Below, one piece after another: positions 35,611 through 48,230 of a DNA stretch of 64,000 bases. The position numbers and the translations under genes are program-made. Source of the DNA: Euglena gracilis. Taxonomy: Eukaryota. The stretch spans positions 8,372,634 through 8,436,633 of the forward strand of contig CP154954.1 of the NCBI GenBank assembly GCA_039621445.1, in the 5' to 3' direction. Numbering within the stretch: the first letter of the stretch is position 1; the number at the start of each line of letters is the position of its first letter. A model generated the notes under the pieces. That model was not told where the DNA came from. It searched no databases and worked only from the letters and a program-made list of their open reading frames with translations.

Positions 35611-38600
35611 TCAGCTCCTGCGCGCGCGCTGCCAGCTGCCTGTCCTGAGCGTCGAAGGCGAGGGGAAGGAACAGAAAGATGAACTGGAACACGACCACCA
35701 TGGAGAAAATCCCAGGTTGACGCCAGGCCTTTTCCATTTCCCCATGGGGTGTGGGCAGGGGGCAGGGGTGGCCTCCTTGTTGGGAAGGAAGGGCCGGGTC
35801 GCACCGTGGCCATGCAGGGGCACGCCTCCGGTGGTGGTGCCCCCTCGCCGCAGGGACGGGTCATGGGGGTGCACGGGAACGGGGCCCCCTGGTGGGAGGG
35901 GGGGATCCCGAGCTGGGGCGTCCCTGCGGGTCGACACGCGGGGGCGGCGACCTCTACCCGTGGGGGCAGAGGAGACTCGGGGACCGGGTCTCTGAGGTAC
36001 GCCTGGACTGCGGGGTGGGTACGCGTGTGACATAGGGAGTGATGGTGTGGTGGACGGTGGAGCTGGGGCAAGGGAAGCGCGGGAGAGCGCATCCCTCGCA
36101 GACGCGGATCGCACGGAGACGGGGCGCTTGCCGCTCGCGGGCTGCCGGTGGACCCTGACCGGGTACCTGGGGTGGGCCGCTTGTTGGGGACCCGCCGGGC
36201 CAGCATCTCCTCCGTCTTCTTGGTCTCGATCTCCTTCGTCTCCTCCATCACCTTCATCATCGTCTCCAGCAGAATCATCACCTTCTCGACATACATCTCC
36301 GTCCTCGGGGTCCTGCCACATCCACTCCTCTGGTGGCTCCTCCCAGGACAGCCCAAACTCCTTCTCCTTCTCCTTCTCGATCTCCACGGCGTGGCAGATG
36401 GCGATGTGGGCTTCCTCCGGGAACCTCGAAAGGTACTTCATGATGTCCTCCTTGATGTCGTGTTCAACGAAGTACGACACGATGGGGGAGGCGTATCGGT
36501 GGAAGAAGTGCCGCAGCGGCTCCCACGTCTTCTCCTCGTACCCCAGCCACTTGACGAGGAACTCGAGGTCGCCGTTGGCATCGCGCCGGTGGGTGACCAC
36601 CGCCTCCACCTCCCACTCGTCCAGCCGGGAACCCTCCTCCGGCCTGGATTGGCGGAAGTGGAAGAGACGGAGCGGTGGCCCCATCAGGGCTGGATCGTGG
36701 CGGTAGCTCTTGATTTGGGATCGGTGGGCCACCTGCTTCCGGCCATCCTCCATCTGGAGCACGTACGTGTGCTCACTGGTGCGCTCTGCCACCACGCACG
36801 GCCCGATCCAGTACGTCTCCAGCTTCTCGCCGGCGCGGGTGCGTGGGCGGAGATACCAGACCTTGTCGTTGATCTCCAGCTCCGGCAGCTCTTTCCTCCG
36901 CTTGTTGACCGCCTCGGCTGTCTTGGCGTGCTCCTCGTTCAGGATCTTCGCAACTCGATGATCGATGTCCTGCATGCGCTCGAAGAAGGCCACCGCGTCC
37001 TCGGCCCGCGTGGGCGGCTGGTACGGCACCCCGCCATACCACCGCTCGCGGCCGAAGAGCACCTGGAAGGGGCTCAGGCCGCTGGGCCCAGCACTGTCGT
37101 GCAGGGTCCGCAGGGCCCGCGGCAGCGCCTCCGGCCACTCCACGCCCTCCGCCGCCTTCATCTTCCTCAGCCGCTTCTGGATCTGCGCGCCGAGGACCTC
37201 CGCACGGGCGTTACCTTCGTGGTGGTATGCTTGGGAGAAGGCATAGCGCACCCCCAGTCTTGCGCACATTGCCCTCCACCAGGCCCCCACGAAGTGGGGG
37301 CCCCGTTCCGACGTGATGACGCTTGGCACGCCGAACTGCGCCCACTGCTCATACATAGCCTTAGCCACCGCCTCCGCCGTTAGCCCGCGGGTGTGGTGCA
37401 CGGTTGCGATCGCCCTGCCAGAGTGCCGATCGATGCATGCTGCGAACACATTCACCAGCTTGCCGCCCTCCACCTCCACCTCCGGCATCTGGAACAGATC
37501 CACGCTCACCGAACACATCACATGGGGCGGCACTGGCGTGGGCGTGATGCGGAGCCGGAGGGGTTGGTGTGGGTGCTCCGACGCCTGGCAGAACTCGCAC
37601 ACCGCCAGAATCTTGCCCGCCAGCTCGCGTGCTCGGGAGGGCACCGCAAACTGGAAGTTCTGGCTGGCCTCATCGAGGAGGCGCTCACCACCGACGTGCC
37701 CCGACGTCCGGTGCTGCTCTCGGATTGCCCGCTCGGTCAGGGCATCCGGCACGCACCAGACAGAATCCTTCACCAGCTTGCCTGCCTCCTTCCGGTAGCC
37801 GGTGGGCCATGGCCGGCCGCGCTTGATGGCCTGCCACGGCTCTTTGAACGTTGGGCACTTCTCATACGCCTCACTCCAGTCCGTCGCCATCAGGTCCTGG
37901 TCCTCGTCTTGCGGGGCTGCGGCCGGGGTGGCTGCAGCTGGCGGCACGGCAGCCGCCACAGGCGGCACGGCGGCTGCCACTGGCGGCACGGCGGGAGGGC
38001 TGGGGTGCCCCCCCACCTTGGGTGGGACGGCTGGCTTCTTCGGGACGGCGGCACCGGGCGGCTTGGCGGCCGCCTGGCTTCGGGTTGTCACGGCGATCGC
38101 TGCGGACGGTGGGATGCTGCGTGCGCTGGCCGCGGGCGGGGACGATGCTTGCTCGGCGGACGGGGATCGCACGGCGGGTGCTGCTGCCGGTGCCGCTGCT
38201 GGTCGTACGGAAAACCGCACAGTGCGCGGTGTGGCGGGCTGCTGCTGCTGCTTGGGCTGCGCGGACAACGCCGGGTGCTACGGCTGCTCGGGCTGCCCGG
38301 GCGATGCCAACGCTGTCGCACTGGGCACTCGCACGGTCGGTGCTGCAGTCGCAGCCGACGCGGTGGGGTGCGGTAGGGGCGGCGGTCGGATTGCCGGACT
38401 TCCGGCTGCCGGAATCCCGGCGGGCGCCGCCTCGGAGGCCGGTGTCCCGGCCGATGCCGCCGTGGTTGCCGGTGTCCCGGCTGGCGGCGATGGGGATGCC
38501 GCATTTGCGGTCGGGAGGGGACACACCTTATCCACCGGGTGTACTGCCTTCGGGCAACTGCGCTCCGCGGCCTTCTCCTCTCGGACCTGCTGCTCCATCT

Positions 38601-41600
38601 CCTCGGCGTCCGCTGCCGTCCCGTGCCAGCAGGAGTCTCGGTACTCCTGGCTGGCCGGGTACGCCCACCGCGACAGAGCGTCCCCCACCTCGTTCTTCTC
38701 CCCCGGCACGTACACCACCTCCACCATGTGCTCGTTGAGCTTGGAGTGCCACCTCGCCCGCCGGCCCTGCGGTCCCGCTCCTCGGGCGACGTGCTCCTTG
38801 TAGCAGCTCTCCAAGGACCGGTGGTCCGTCAGCACCAGGACCTTCTGCCCGGTGATGTAGCCGCCCCACTTGTCCAGCGCGCTCACCACCGCGTACGTCT
38901 CCTTGTCCCGGGTATCCCACCGCAGCCGCTGCCCCTCCGTCAGCTTCCTGCTCATGAAGCCCACCGCCACCGTCGTCCCGGGCTTCAGGAGCTCCTCCAC
39001 CGAGGGGATGCCCTCCACCTTCGGCAGCTGCTCCAGCACGGCGCCCACCGCATAGTCAGAGGCGTCCGTGCGCAACACGAACGGCTTGTTCATGTCCATG
39101 TGCCACAGCTCCAGGTCCGCCACCAGCGCTGCCTTCAGCTTCTCGAACGCCTCCAGCTCAGCCGCGGACCACACGATGGGGTGCTTGCTGCCTGCCCGTG
39201 ACAAATCCCGCGGTAGCTTCAGCTTCTCCTGCAGGGGGGCGGCCAGCTCCGAGTACATACGTACATACCCCGAATAATAATTGCAGAGGCCGAGAAAGGC
39301 GCGCAAACTCGTCACATTGGCCGGGGGTTGCCACCGCTGCACCGCCGCCAGCTTGCCGCTCGCGGGCACGCGCTTGCCCTCCCCCAGCACGTGCCCCACG
39401 AACTCCGCCCTCTTGCGGAACAGCTGCGCCTTCTTCTTGTCCGCCACCCACCGATCCGCCTCCAGCGCCCGCAGGGTCTCCCGCAGATCCCCCGCGTGCC
39501 GCCTGATCAGCTCCTCGTCGCTCCAGCCCGGCAGCCGCCTCGTGCTCACCAGGATGTCGTCGAAGTAGGGGTGGGTGTGGGCGGAGACGTTGCGGCAGGT
39601 CGCGTCGATGTCCCTCTGGAGCAGCGCCGGACCGACGTTGATGCCCTGGGGCACCACGGTCCACTGCCAGAGGCCGCCGGGCAGGTGGATGTTGGTGATG
39701 GGTCGGCTTTCCTCCGCCATGGCCACCTGGTGGAAGGCGTCCCGCAGGTCCACCGTCGAGAAGATCTCGCACTTCGCCTGCTCGCTCACGATGTCCTCCG
39801 TCAGCGGTAGGGGGTCGGAGTCCATCTGCAGCATCTTGTTGGTCAAGCTGTAGTCGCACACCAGCCTCCACTTGCCCGACTTCTTGCGGATGGGGAAGGC
39901 GGCCGCCCTCCACGGCCCCCGCCCCGCCTCCAGCTTGCCGTCCGCCAGGCACTCCCGCTCCATCTCCCTCAGGGCCTCCAGCCGCTCGCCCTTGAGGTTG
40001 ATGATCCGGCCCACCACCGGGGTTGCTCCCGGCTTCAGCCTCAGCACTGCCTTCCCATGGGTGCCCCGCGCCGGGGGACACGGCCAGACTCGCTCACGGA
40101 ACACCCGGCCTTCGAACTCGTTGATGATCTCGTCCCGCAGCTGCCGCGCCAAGGGATGGTCGACATCATCTTCCGTCTCCACCACCCCTCGCACCGCCTT
40201 CGCCGCTTCTTCGGCCTCCTTCAGCATCATTGCCACTTCTCGGACTGCTGCCTCGTCCGTGGTCAGCTGCCGCATCTTCTTTACCGTGGAGAGGTAGCCG
40301 TCCAGCTCGTCTTCGTCTTCATCGCCATCTTCCTCCTTCTTCTCTTCGTCTCCACGCCGCCTCAGGATCCACTTGGGGTCCGCGTGGAGCTGCAAGGTGT
40401 CGCGCCATGGCTGGACATCCAGCCGGTTCTCCCGGAGCCATGGATACCCCAGGATCAGGTCCGTGCTGATGCAGCCGTCGTACGCCACCACCTTCGTCGT
40501 CCACGTCCTCGGTCTCCGCTCCTCGTCGTCGGTCTGGGCCGCGAAGAACAGCTTCAGCTCTGCTTCTCGTTGTCCTCCGGGTAGTGCTTCTCCGCTCACC
40601 GTGTGCAGCACCAAGGGTCTTGTTGCCGCGTAGAACACCGACTCCGGGAACAGCTCCTTCTTCACGAGGGATGTCTGCGCCCCCGTATCGATCAAGGCCT
40701 TCGCCTGGATCTTCATCCCGCCTGCCTCCACCTCCACGTCCATCAGCAGCTGGTAGCACCCCCCACGGTGCTCCATCCGGCCGACCGTGAACGGCCGGTT
40801 CGGGAGGTGCTGCCACGGCCGCACCACCACCTTCCACACCTTCTTCGCCTCCTCCGCCGCCGCCACTTCTTCCCGTGCCTTCTCCCCCAGGCACAGGTAC
40901 CGCACCACTCCCTCCGGGATGCGATAGGCCTCCTCCCTTGTGCACCTGCGCTCGCCGCCACTGCCTCCCAGCTGTAGCCGATGTCGTCGTACGCCGTCTG
41001 GTCCTTCCACCATGCTGCCGCACTTCCCACCACAGATGACGTCGTCCAGCTCCTTCGCCATCGCGTCGCTGACCCAGAAGCGGGTCGGCTTGCGATACCC
41101 ATACTCCGCGAAGCGGCAGTAGTCGATATCCACGTACCGCACTCCGCGCAGGACTCGTCGCCACCGCAGCAAGCCGAACCTCGGGTTTTCAATCCACCAC
41201 CGCGTAGGCGCCAAGTACTCCACCAGCTCCCTCGTGGCCTTCACCACCGCGTCCGCCATGCGGAGCCTCCTCTTGCGGGTGGTGAGGGCTGCGGAGTACT
41301 CGGTACAGGGCGGGGACGCCGCGATGACCTCGAAGTAGCCGGGAGCGTACTGCTCCCAGTACCTCCACTTCCTCACGTCGGCCACGATGTCCGGCTTCCA
41401 CTTCTCGTCCCAGTCCACGCTGATCACCTTGAAGCCCATCTTCTCCAGCGCTCTTCTGACACTGCCCGTTCCGGAGAACAGGTCCAGCGCCCATCTTTCC
41501 TTTTCTTCCTTCGCCGCCTTCTTCACCGGCTCTTTCTTCTCCTTCTTCGCCGGTGCTTTCTTCACCTCCTTCGCCGGTGCTTGTCTTTCTTGTGGTGGTG

Positions 41601-42069
41601 TCTTGTGGATACTTGGTGATGCCTTCGGTGATGATGTTGTCGGTGTTGTATATGGCGATGACGTGGATCTTGGTAGACTCGATCTCGATGTAGTCTTCGT
41701 TGCCGATGCCGTCGACGTTGATGAGGTCGATGATGTCTTCGTTGCCGATGCCGTCGGCGTTGATGAGGTCGATGATGTCTTCGTTGCCGATGCCGTCGGT
41801 GTTGATGAGGACGATGATGTCACCTTCGCCTTCGGCACGCTCGGTGATGTTGATGGGGACGATCGTGTCGGCTTCGCCTTCGACACCTGCCGCAGGCAGG
41901 GTCTCTCCCCTTCCTTTGGAGACTTCCTGCCTCTTCTCTTTCTTTGGACCAGCCGCCATCCTTCTTCTTCATACTCCACTGCTCTTACCAGCCTCGTCCC
42001 TGGTGCGGATGTCGGCTGGGGGGTTGACTGCCGGTCCTGGCCCTTCACCTCGGGACCTGGACGGCCCCG
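35611..42069 (-). pseudogene. pol: B1 pol: C5-MTase, aspartic protease, RT, RNaseH, Pro/Ala linker, integrase, chromodomain; one premature TAG at 38278-38280
   Basis: ORFs 38278-42048 and 35611-38268 are in frame. Motifs LIDTGAQ, YFDD, TDASDY, H-x4-H..C-x2-C, SVDLF/ITS(E/D)RG/RAE, WIGP, EWEVEAV..LVKWLGYEEKTWEP. Confidence 0.92.
40890..41493 (-). other. C5-cytosine DNA methyltransferase domain within B1 pol
   Basis: Motif I ALDLFSGTGS, motif IV ASPPCTEYS, motif VI WWIENP, motif VIII-like GYRKPTRFW. Confidence 0.88.
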
Positions 42070-45000
42070 TCATTGCTGCGTCGATGTCGTCCCGGCCGCT
42101 TCTCCTTTGCCGGAACCCTTCTCGCCGCCTTTGCCTTTCCCCTTACCCCTGCCTTTGCCTTTTCCACCATCTTTCCCCTTGGCTTCGCCGCCTTTGCCGG
42201 TCCATCCTTCATTCCACGGCTGCTGGTTGCCTTTGCCTCGGCCAGCCCAGCCTTGGGCATCGTTGGAGTCCTTGGTCTCGTCCACCTTCTTCGCTTCACC
42301 TTCCTTTTCTTTCTTCACCGCTTCCTTCTTCACTTCCTTGATGTTGGACTCCTCCTGGACTCCTTGGTTGGCCTTGGTGTCGGTCTCGTCATCTTCATCT
42401 TCGACATCCACTTCCCGCTGCAATCTTGTGGGTGCCGCCGGTTTGTGGTGGGCCGGCTCGGGGTCGCCCATGGTGGCGGCCCGCTGGTCCACCCTCAGTC
42501 ACCGCACCATGAGGTCGTTGACTTGGGTGGCGGTGAACTCCACGGTGTCCGGGGCCACCCGGACGATGGCTCCACCAGACAGCTTCTGCCGGTCGTACAC
42601 CTCCTTAATGGCCGCCCGGTGGTCATCATCCGCTGGGACCACCTTGATTCTTCTGCCTTGGCGATCCACTTTCTTCGGCACGACACCCGTCTCCTCCACC
42701 ACCATCTCCGTCGCCTCCGCCACCGTCACATCCTCCGGTAGGCCTTCCAGGACCAGCGCCGCGTGGTCACGGCACCGATCCTCTTCTTGGGCCAGCCGCT
42801 TCCTCCATGGCTGGCCCAGCTGGTCCACCACCAGGCGGGCTAGCTCCACGTCCGTCATGTCCCCGATCTGCATCGCCAGCGCCTTGGCGTTGGCGAAGTA
42901 CTCCCGCCACTCGCGCTCCGTCAGCTTGCCCCGCGTCACCACCTTGAGGTGACGGAGCTTCCTTCGTAGTGCTTCGTAGTGCTTCTCGGTCGTCTCCACC
43001 CAGCTCGAGGTCCAGCCTCGCCCACAGCTCCTCGAACGGCATCTCCGGGTAGGTCTCCACCATCAGGTCGATGTGCAACGCCGTCGCCTCGTCCACCGTA
43101 CTCCGCAGCAGCGCCACCCGCTGCGCCTCGCTGAGGAGTGAGACCATCCCCTCCACCTCGCGCTGGTACGGGAGCCACCGCCGCCTCCATTGGGGCCAGT
43201 CCTCGGCGTTACCCGAGAACCGGCCCGGATGCCTCCCCCCGAGCGCATCCAGGAGGTGCGGTGGCAGGATCTGCAGCTGGGGAGCCCCCAGCGGCGGGGT
43301 GGTTGCTTGGACTTCTCGGATGGCGGTTCCCCTCACGGGTGCGGGCACGCTCGCCCCCGCACGCATGAGGAGCATCGGTGCTGCATTCGTCGGCACCGGG
43401 CGGGATCGCACGAGCCGCAGCTCCGGTCGGAGCCGCGACGCGGGCGGATTGGCTGGGTCCGCTGGTGTGGCCGCAGTCGCAGCCGGCACCGCAGACTGCA
43501 TCACCAGCGGGGGCCTGCCGGCAGGATGGGATGATGGCTGCATGGCTGGCTGGGGAGACACCCCGGTGGCGAACGCCACCGCGGGGGTCTGATGCATGGC
43601 ATGCGATGGGTTGGGATGGACGGCTTGCTGGTACACCGTGCATTCGGCACACTGCGGATCAGTGCCTTCGGCACCCAGTGGCTGGCTTGACACGGGCACA
43701 GAGACTTGGGAGACGGGTCGGACTTGGACTCGGACAGACTGGGCAGCAGCCACCGGCACCGAAAGCGGTGCTGACGGCTTGGACAGGGCTGCGGTCGCCG
43801 CTTGCGGGTGTGATGCCGGATGCTGCGCTGCTCGGTGCGCTGGTGGGGCGGCGGTGCTGGCGGGTCGCGATGCCGGGGCAGACGGATGCGACGACAGCGC
43901 GGACTGCTGCACTTGCACGCGGGACGGTTGCGGATGGGACGGTGCACGTTGGGCCGCGGAGGACGACGGTTGGCGCTGGGACACGGACAGCGGCTCTGCT
44001 CGGATGACTGCGGCGGTGCTCGATCGGCGGGGGAATGCATACGCGGATTGCGGCATGGATATCCCTTCCCTTGCCGGGCGCGCGGTGGTTGACGATGAGG
44101 ACCGCTCAGCCGGGGCTCGGGCCGCCCCCGCCGACGCAGGCTGCGGGGCGGACTGGTAGGGATCGGCTGCCCCTCGGGTTGGCGGCGTGGTCTGAGCCGC
44201 CGAGGACACCGGGGGTCCCCCGGCTGGGCGGAGACCGGACATCTTGACAGACCACTGCTTGATCTCCACCTTTGCCATCTGAATCTCCCTGAACAGCGCC
44301 GTCACCACTTGGTCCACTTCCCGGAGGGCCTTCTCCAAGTACACCCTGCACTTGCCCTCCAACTCCACGGATATCCGGTCGGCCAGCTTGTTGAAATACT
44401 GCACCTGCAACGCCGGGATCTCGGTCTTGGAGTTGAGCTCCATCCGCTGCAGTCGCTCCTCCATCTGCCGCACCACCGTGGCGATCTCCTCCCGCGTCAC
44501 CATGGCTCCCCGGAGACGGGCCACCTCCACTGCCGTTTCCGGGTCCACCACCCGGGCCGCACCCTCGCCGGGGCCGGCACGCACCATCGCCGTCAAGCCT
44601 TGCACCTCTGCCTCGCGGCATCGGTGCTCAGCCTGCACGGCGGCGATTGCTTGGGCCGCCTCATCCGCCGCCTTTCGGGCGGCCGCCTTGGCTTGCGCCA
44701 CTTGGCCCTCGAGCCGTCCGTGCTGGGCTTGGATGGTCTCCATGAACTGCGCGATGACCTTGCCTTGCCCCTCCGCCACTTGTCGATAGGCCGCCGCGGA
44801 CGCCTCCTTCGTGGCTTTGATCTCCTTATCCATCTCCTCCAGCGCCGCGGTGGGCCAGTCATCAGACATCTCCCGGGTGCGGTTGCCCAGGAGGTCGAGC
44901 TGGGCCACCACCTGCCCGAGACTCGCCTCCACGCCGCGGACTTGGGCACCCACGGCGTCGATGCGGCTCGGCAGCCACACCGCCACCTCCTCCGACACCC

Positions 45001-45835
45001 CGGGATACTCGTCCTGCATAGGCTGGTCTTGCACCGGGACTTCATCCCCGGCACCCATCTCCTCCTGGTACACCTCGGGGGCCATATCTTCCTCGTATCC
45101 CTCACCTACGGGCTCCGCCTCGTCGTACATCTCGAGGGTATGCTCGTACGTCTCCTCTGCCTGGTCATACTCCACACCCGTCGCGTCCTCGTCCATCTCG
45201 TCCACGATCCTTGGCATCTTGAGCGGCCGGTGGGACGATGAGGCTTCAGAAAAGGGGGTTCGTTCCCCCCACACCCTTTGATCCCCCTTGCGGCTCCCTC
45301 TGGGGGTGGTGGTGGGTGAGAACAGCAGTGCCGCCCCCGCCGCGGCCAGCAGCGGGAAGCGGGCCCGCAGCGGGGTGGCGTCCAGCGGGGACTCCAGCTC
45401 CGGCAGCTGGAGCGGCACCAGCGCGAACGCCGCCGCGGACGCCGCCGCGGATGCCGCCGCGGACCCCGCCGCGGACGCCGCCGCGGACCTCCCCGGGGAC
45501 GGCGTGTCTGCTGGGGTGGTGCGCAGGGAGTGGGACAGGTACGAGGGTGGGGATGGGGTGGACAGGATGGGGAATGTTAGCTGGAGTGGGAATGGGAGCT
45601 GGGGGTTTGGGCTGAATGGGAGCTGGGGGTTTGGGCTTATCGCCTTTTCTTGATCGGGGCTAGGCGGGGAAATGGGGGATTCTTTTTCTGCTGTGCACGC
45701 TGAGGGGGACTGAGCAGCGGCATGCGTGTGCGGGGGATTGGGATTGGGTATGGGGCGGTCTGTTTCATGTTGGGGAGTCCCATGGTGGGGGACACCCACC
45801 ACCGGGGCGGGGTGAGCCTGGGGAGCCGGATCCAT
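42070..45835 (-). pseudogene. gag: B1 gag (long; acidic, coiled-coil, Pro/Ala/Ser, capsid-like core, GKG tail) with one frameshift and one stop
   Basis: ORFs 42767-45835, 42499-42999 and 42070-42492. Compared with B2: a 10-nt duplication near 42962-42981 and TGG>TGA at 42499-42501. Confidence 0.88.
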
Positions 45836-45880
45836 CTTGTCGGTGTGGTTTGTTCCCAGGAAATTTTGTTCTGTGAAAAG

Positions 45881-45892
45881 CCTCTGCTACCA
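45881..45892 (-). promoter_or_regulatory. Primer-binding site complementary to the initiator Met tRNA 3' end
   Basis: Minus strand TGGTAGCAGAGG is the complement of ...CCUCUGCUACCA. Its first T overlaps the last base of the LTR. Confidence 0.88.
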
Positions 45893-46529
45893 GTTTCCCG
45901 AACGATTTTTTTTTTGCCCAGCCTTCACTCCTGGGGGTCCGTGAGGGGGTACCGGCGGGGTGGGGGGTAGGCGCGATGGGCTCTGGGGAGAGGGGTAGGT
46001 TCGGGATACTCCCCTTCCCACGTAGGATTTTTTCCCGGGGACCGAAGGCCCTCCTTTTTGGGAGTGGTTGGAGGGGGGAATCCGGCTTGGCGTCCCTTCC
46101 GGCAGTGGGGGGGGGTTTAGGAAAAGGCCTGGTTGCCCTCCCCTAGGCTTCAGATACCCCAGCACCAACACCTTTTTGGCTTGTACTGCTCTCCTGCTCC
46201 AGCAGATAACCAATCTTTTTTGTAATCCTTTGCTTGCTCCGCCCTTGGGTTTTTGACTTTCTTGAACTTTTGCACTTCCTTGGCTCCAGTGCCTTTCTTT
46301 GAATTGCCTTGAAAATCCTTGAAAATTGATATAATTTGACCTTGGTCTTGATTCAGCAGGCACAATCTTGAATTGAAACCATGGGGAAAAGAGGGAGCCT
46401 GCAGTGAAAAACAGAACAGTTAGAGAGCGGTTTGTGCTATTTTGATGCTGAATTAGCGCAGTGGTTCGCTATATACAACAGCAGGCTGTTATAGTGGCAA
46501 TGGAAGGTGCAGCGGCCGGTCCGCCAACT
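45892..46529 (-). repeat. Shared family B LTR (5' LTR of B1 and 3' LTR of B2)
   Basis: Flanked by PBS on one side and PPT (46530-46541) on the other. Confidence 0.92.
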
Positions 46530-46839
46530 CTCCCCTTCCTCGGCCTTGCCTCCGGCTGCCGGGCCTGGCCGCTGCCTCTCTCGCCCCCCTGCCACAGGAG
46601 CCTGGCCGGGGCTCCCCGGTCCTTCGTTGCGCCGCTGCCTGGCGTGCCGGCTGCGGGCGGGCTCCTGTGGTCCGGGTGGGGGTGGACGCCAGCCAATCCC
46701 TGGCCGTGCTCCGCAGGCGTTCGGTGAGCGTCGCTGCTGACGTCGTCCGGCCTTGCGGGCTGGCCTCAGGAATTGGCTGGGCTCGGGCTTTGGCTCTCCT
46801 TGGCTCTCCTTGGTGGGTGGTCTTGTGTGGGTTCGGTTG

Positions 46840-48230
46840 CCCCCCCCCTTTGGGGCTGGCGGTCCCCCTGGCCGGTTTTTTTTTTGTGGGCGGCCCCCCT
46901 GGGCCGCTTTTCGGCGCCCGGGGTCTGGGCGGCCCCCCTGGGCCGCTTTTCGGCGCCCCCCCCCCCCTGGGGGGGGGGGGGGGCCCCCTGGGCCTGCCCC
47001 CCCCCCCCCCGGGTGTGGGCGCGGCCCCCCGGCCTCTTTTTTTTTTTGCCGGCCCCTCTGGGCCGGGGGTGCCCCCCCCCCCTCGGGTCGTGGGCGGCCC
47101 CCCTGGGCTGCTTTTCGGCGCCCCCCCCCCCCTCGGGTCGTGGGCGGCCCCCCTCGGCCGCTTTTCGGCGCCCCCCCCCCTGGGGTCTGGGCGGCCCCCC
47201 CTTGGCCGCTTTTTCGCTCCCCCCCCCCCCTGGGTCGTGGGCGGCCCCCCTGGGCCGCTCTTGGGTTCCCCCCCCCCGGGTGTGGGCGCGGCCCCCCGGC
47301 CGCTTTTTTTTTTTGCCGGCCCCCCCGGGCCGTGCGCTTCCCCCCCCCCCCGGGTGGGTCTTGGGCGGCCCCCCTGGGCCGCTTTCCCCCCCCCCCCTGG
47401 GGTCTGGGCGGCCCCCCCTGGGCCGTTTCTTCGGCCCCCCCCCCCCCCGGGTCGTGGGCGCCCCCCCCCCGCCGCTTTTCGGCGCCCCCCCCCCCCCGGG
47501 TCTGGGCGGCCCCCCCGCCTGTGGGTCTTGGGCGGCCCCCCTGGGCCGCTTTTCGGCGCCCCCCCCCCCCCCTGGGGGCTGGGGGGGCCCCCCCTGGGCC
47601 GCTTTTGCGGCCCCCCCCCCCCGGGGCGTGGGCGGCCCCCCCGGGCCGCTCTTGGGTCGCCCCCCCCCGGGTGTGGGCGCGGCCCCCCCGGCCGCCTTTT
47701 TTTTTGTGCCGGCCCCTCTGGGCCGTGCGTGCCCCCCCCCACCTCGGGTCGTGGGCGGCCCCCCTGGGCCGCTTTTCGGCTCCCCCCCCCCCCTCGGGTC
47801 GTGGGCGGCCCCCCTGGGCCGCTTTTCGGCGCCCCCCCCCCCCGGGGTCGTGGGCGGCCCCCCCCTGGGCCGCTCTTGGGTTCCCCCCCCCCGGGTGTGG
47901 GCGCGGCCCCCCGGCCGCTTTTTTTTTTTGCCGGCCCCCCTGGGCCGTGCGTGCCCCTCCCCCCCCGGGTCGGTCTTGGGCGCCCGCCCTGGGCCGGGTG
48001 TTGGCCCCCCCCCCCCCTGGGGTCTGGGCGGCCCCCCCTGGGCCGCTTTTCGGCGCCCCCCGCCCCCCTGTGGTCGTGGGCGGCCCCCCCTGGGCCGCTC
48101 TTGGGTTCCCCCTCCGGGTGTGGGCGCGGCCCCCCGGCCGCTTTTTTTTTTTTTGCTGGCCCCCCTGGGCCGCTCGTGCTCCCCCCCCCCCCGGGTGGTC
48201 TTGGGCGGCCCCTCCTGTTCCGCTCTTGGG
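46840..48230. repeat. Hypervariable GC-rich array in the B2 3' region
   Basis: Same units as 34100-35230 but in different order and number. Confidence 0.85.

Larger units (their letters stand above)
33163..46529 (-). mobile_element. Ty3/Gypsy chromodomain retrotransposon with C5-DNA methyltransferase, family B copy 1 (structurally complete, ~13.4 kb), inserted in family A pol
   Basis: 638-bp LTRs 33163-33800 and 45892-46529, PBS 45881-45892, PPT 33801-33812, gag, and pol in order MTase-PR-RT-RH-IN-CHD. Confidence 0.95.

Noticed and set aside
33708-35682. 500-690 aa Gly/Pro/Arg ORFs in nearly all six frames (also 46437-48671, 7213-8678, 31403-32875)
   Set aside because: Stop-free by composition in GC homopolymer arrays, and frames are not conserved between the paralogous copies.
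35611-36200. env-like or extra gene after the chromodomain
   Set aside because: Only an acidic then Pro/Arg low-complexity tail, with no signal peptide or transmembrane segment, and the ends differ between copies.
41387-42952. Long antisense ORFs opposite B gag-pol (also 36148-37383, 54374-55903)
   Set aside because: Expected shadows of GC-rich coding sequence.
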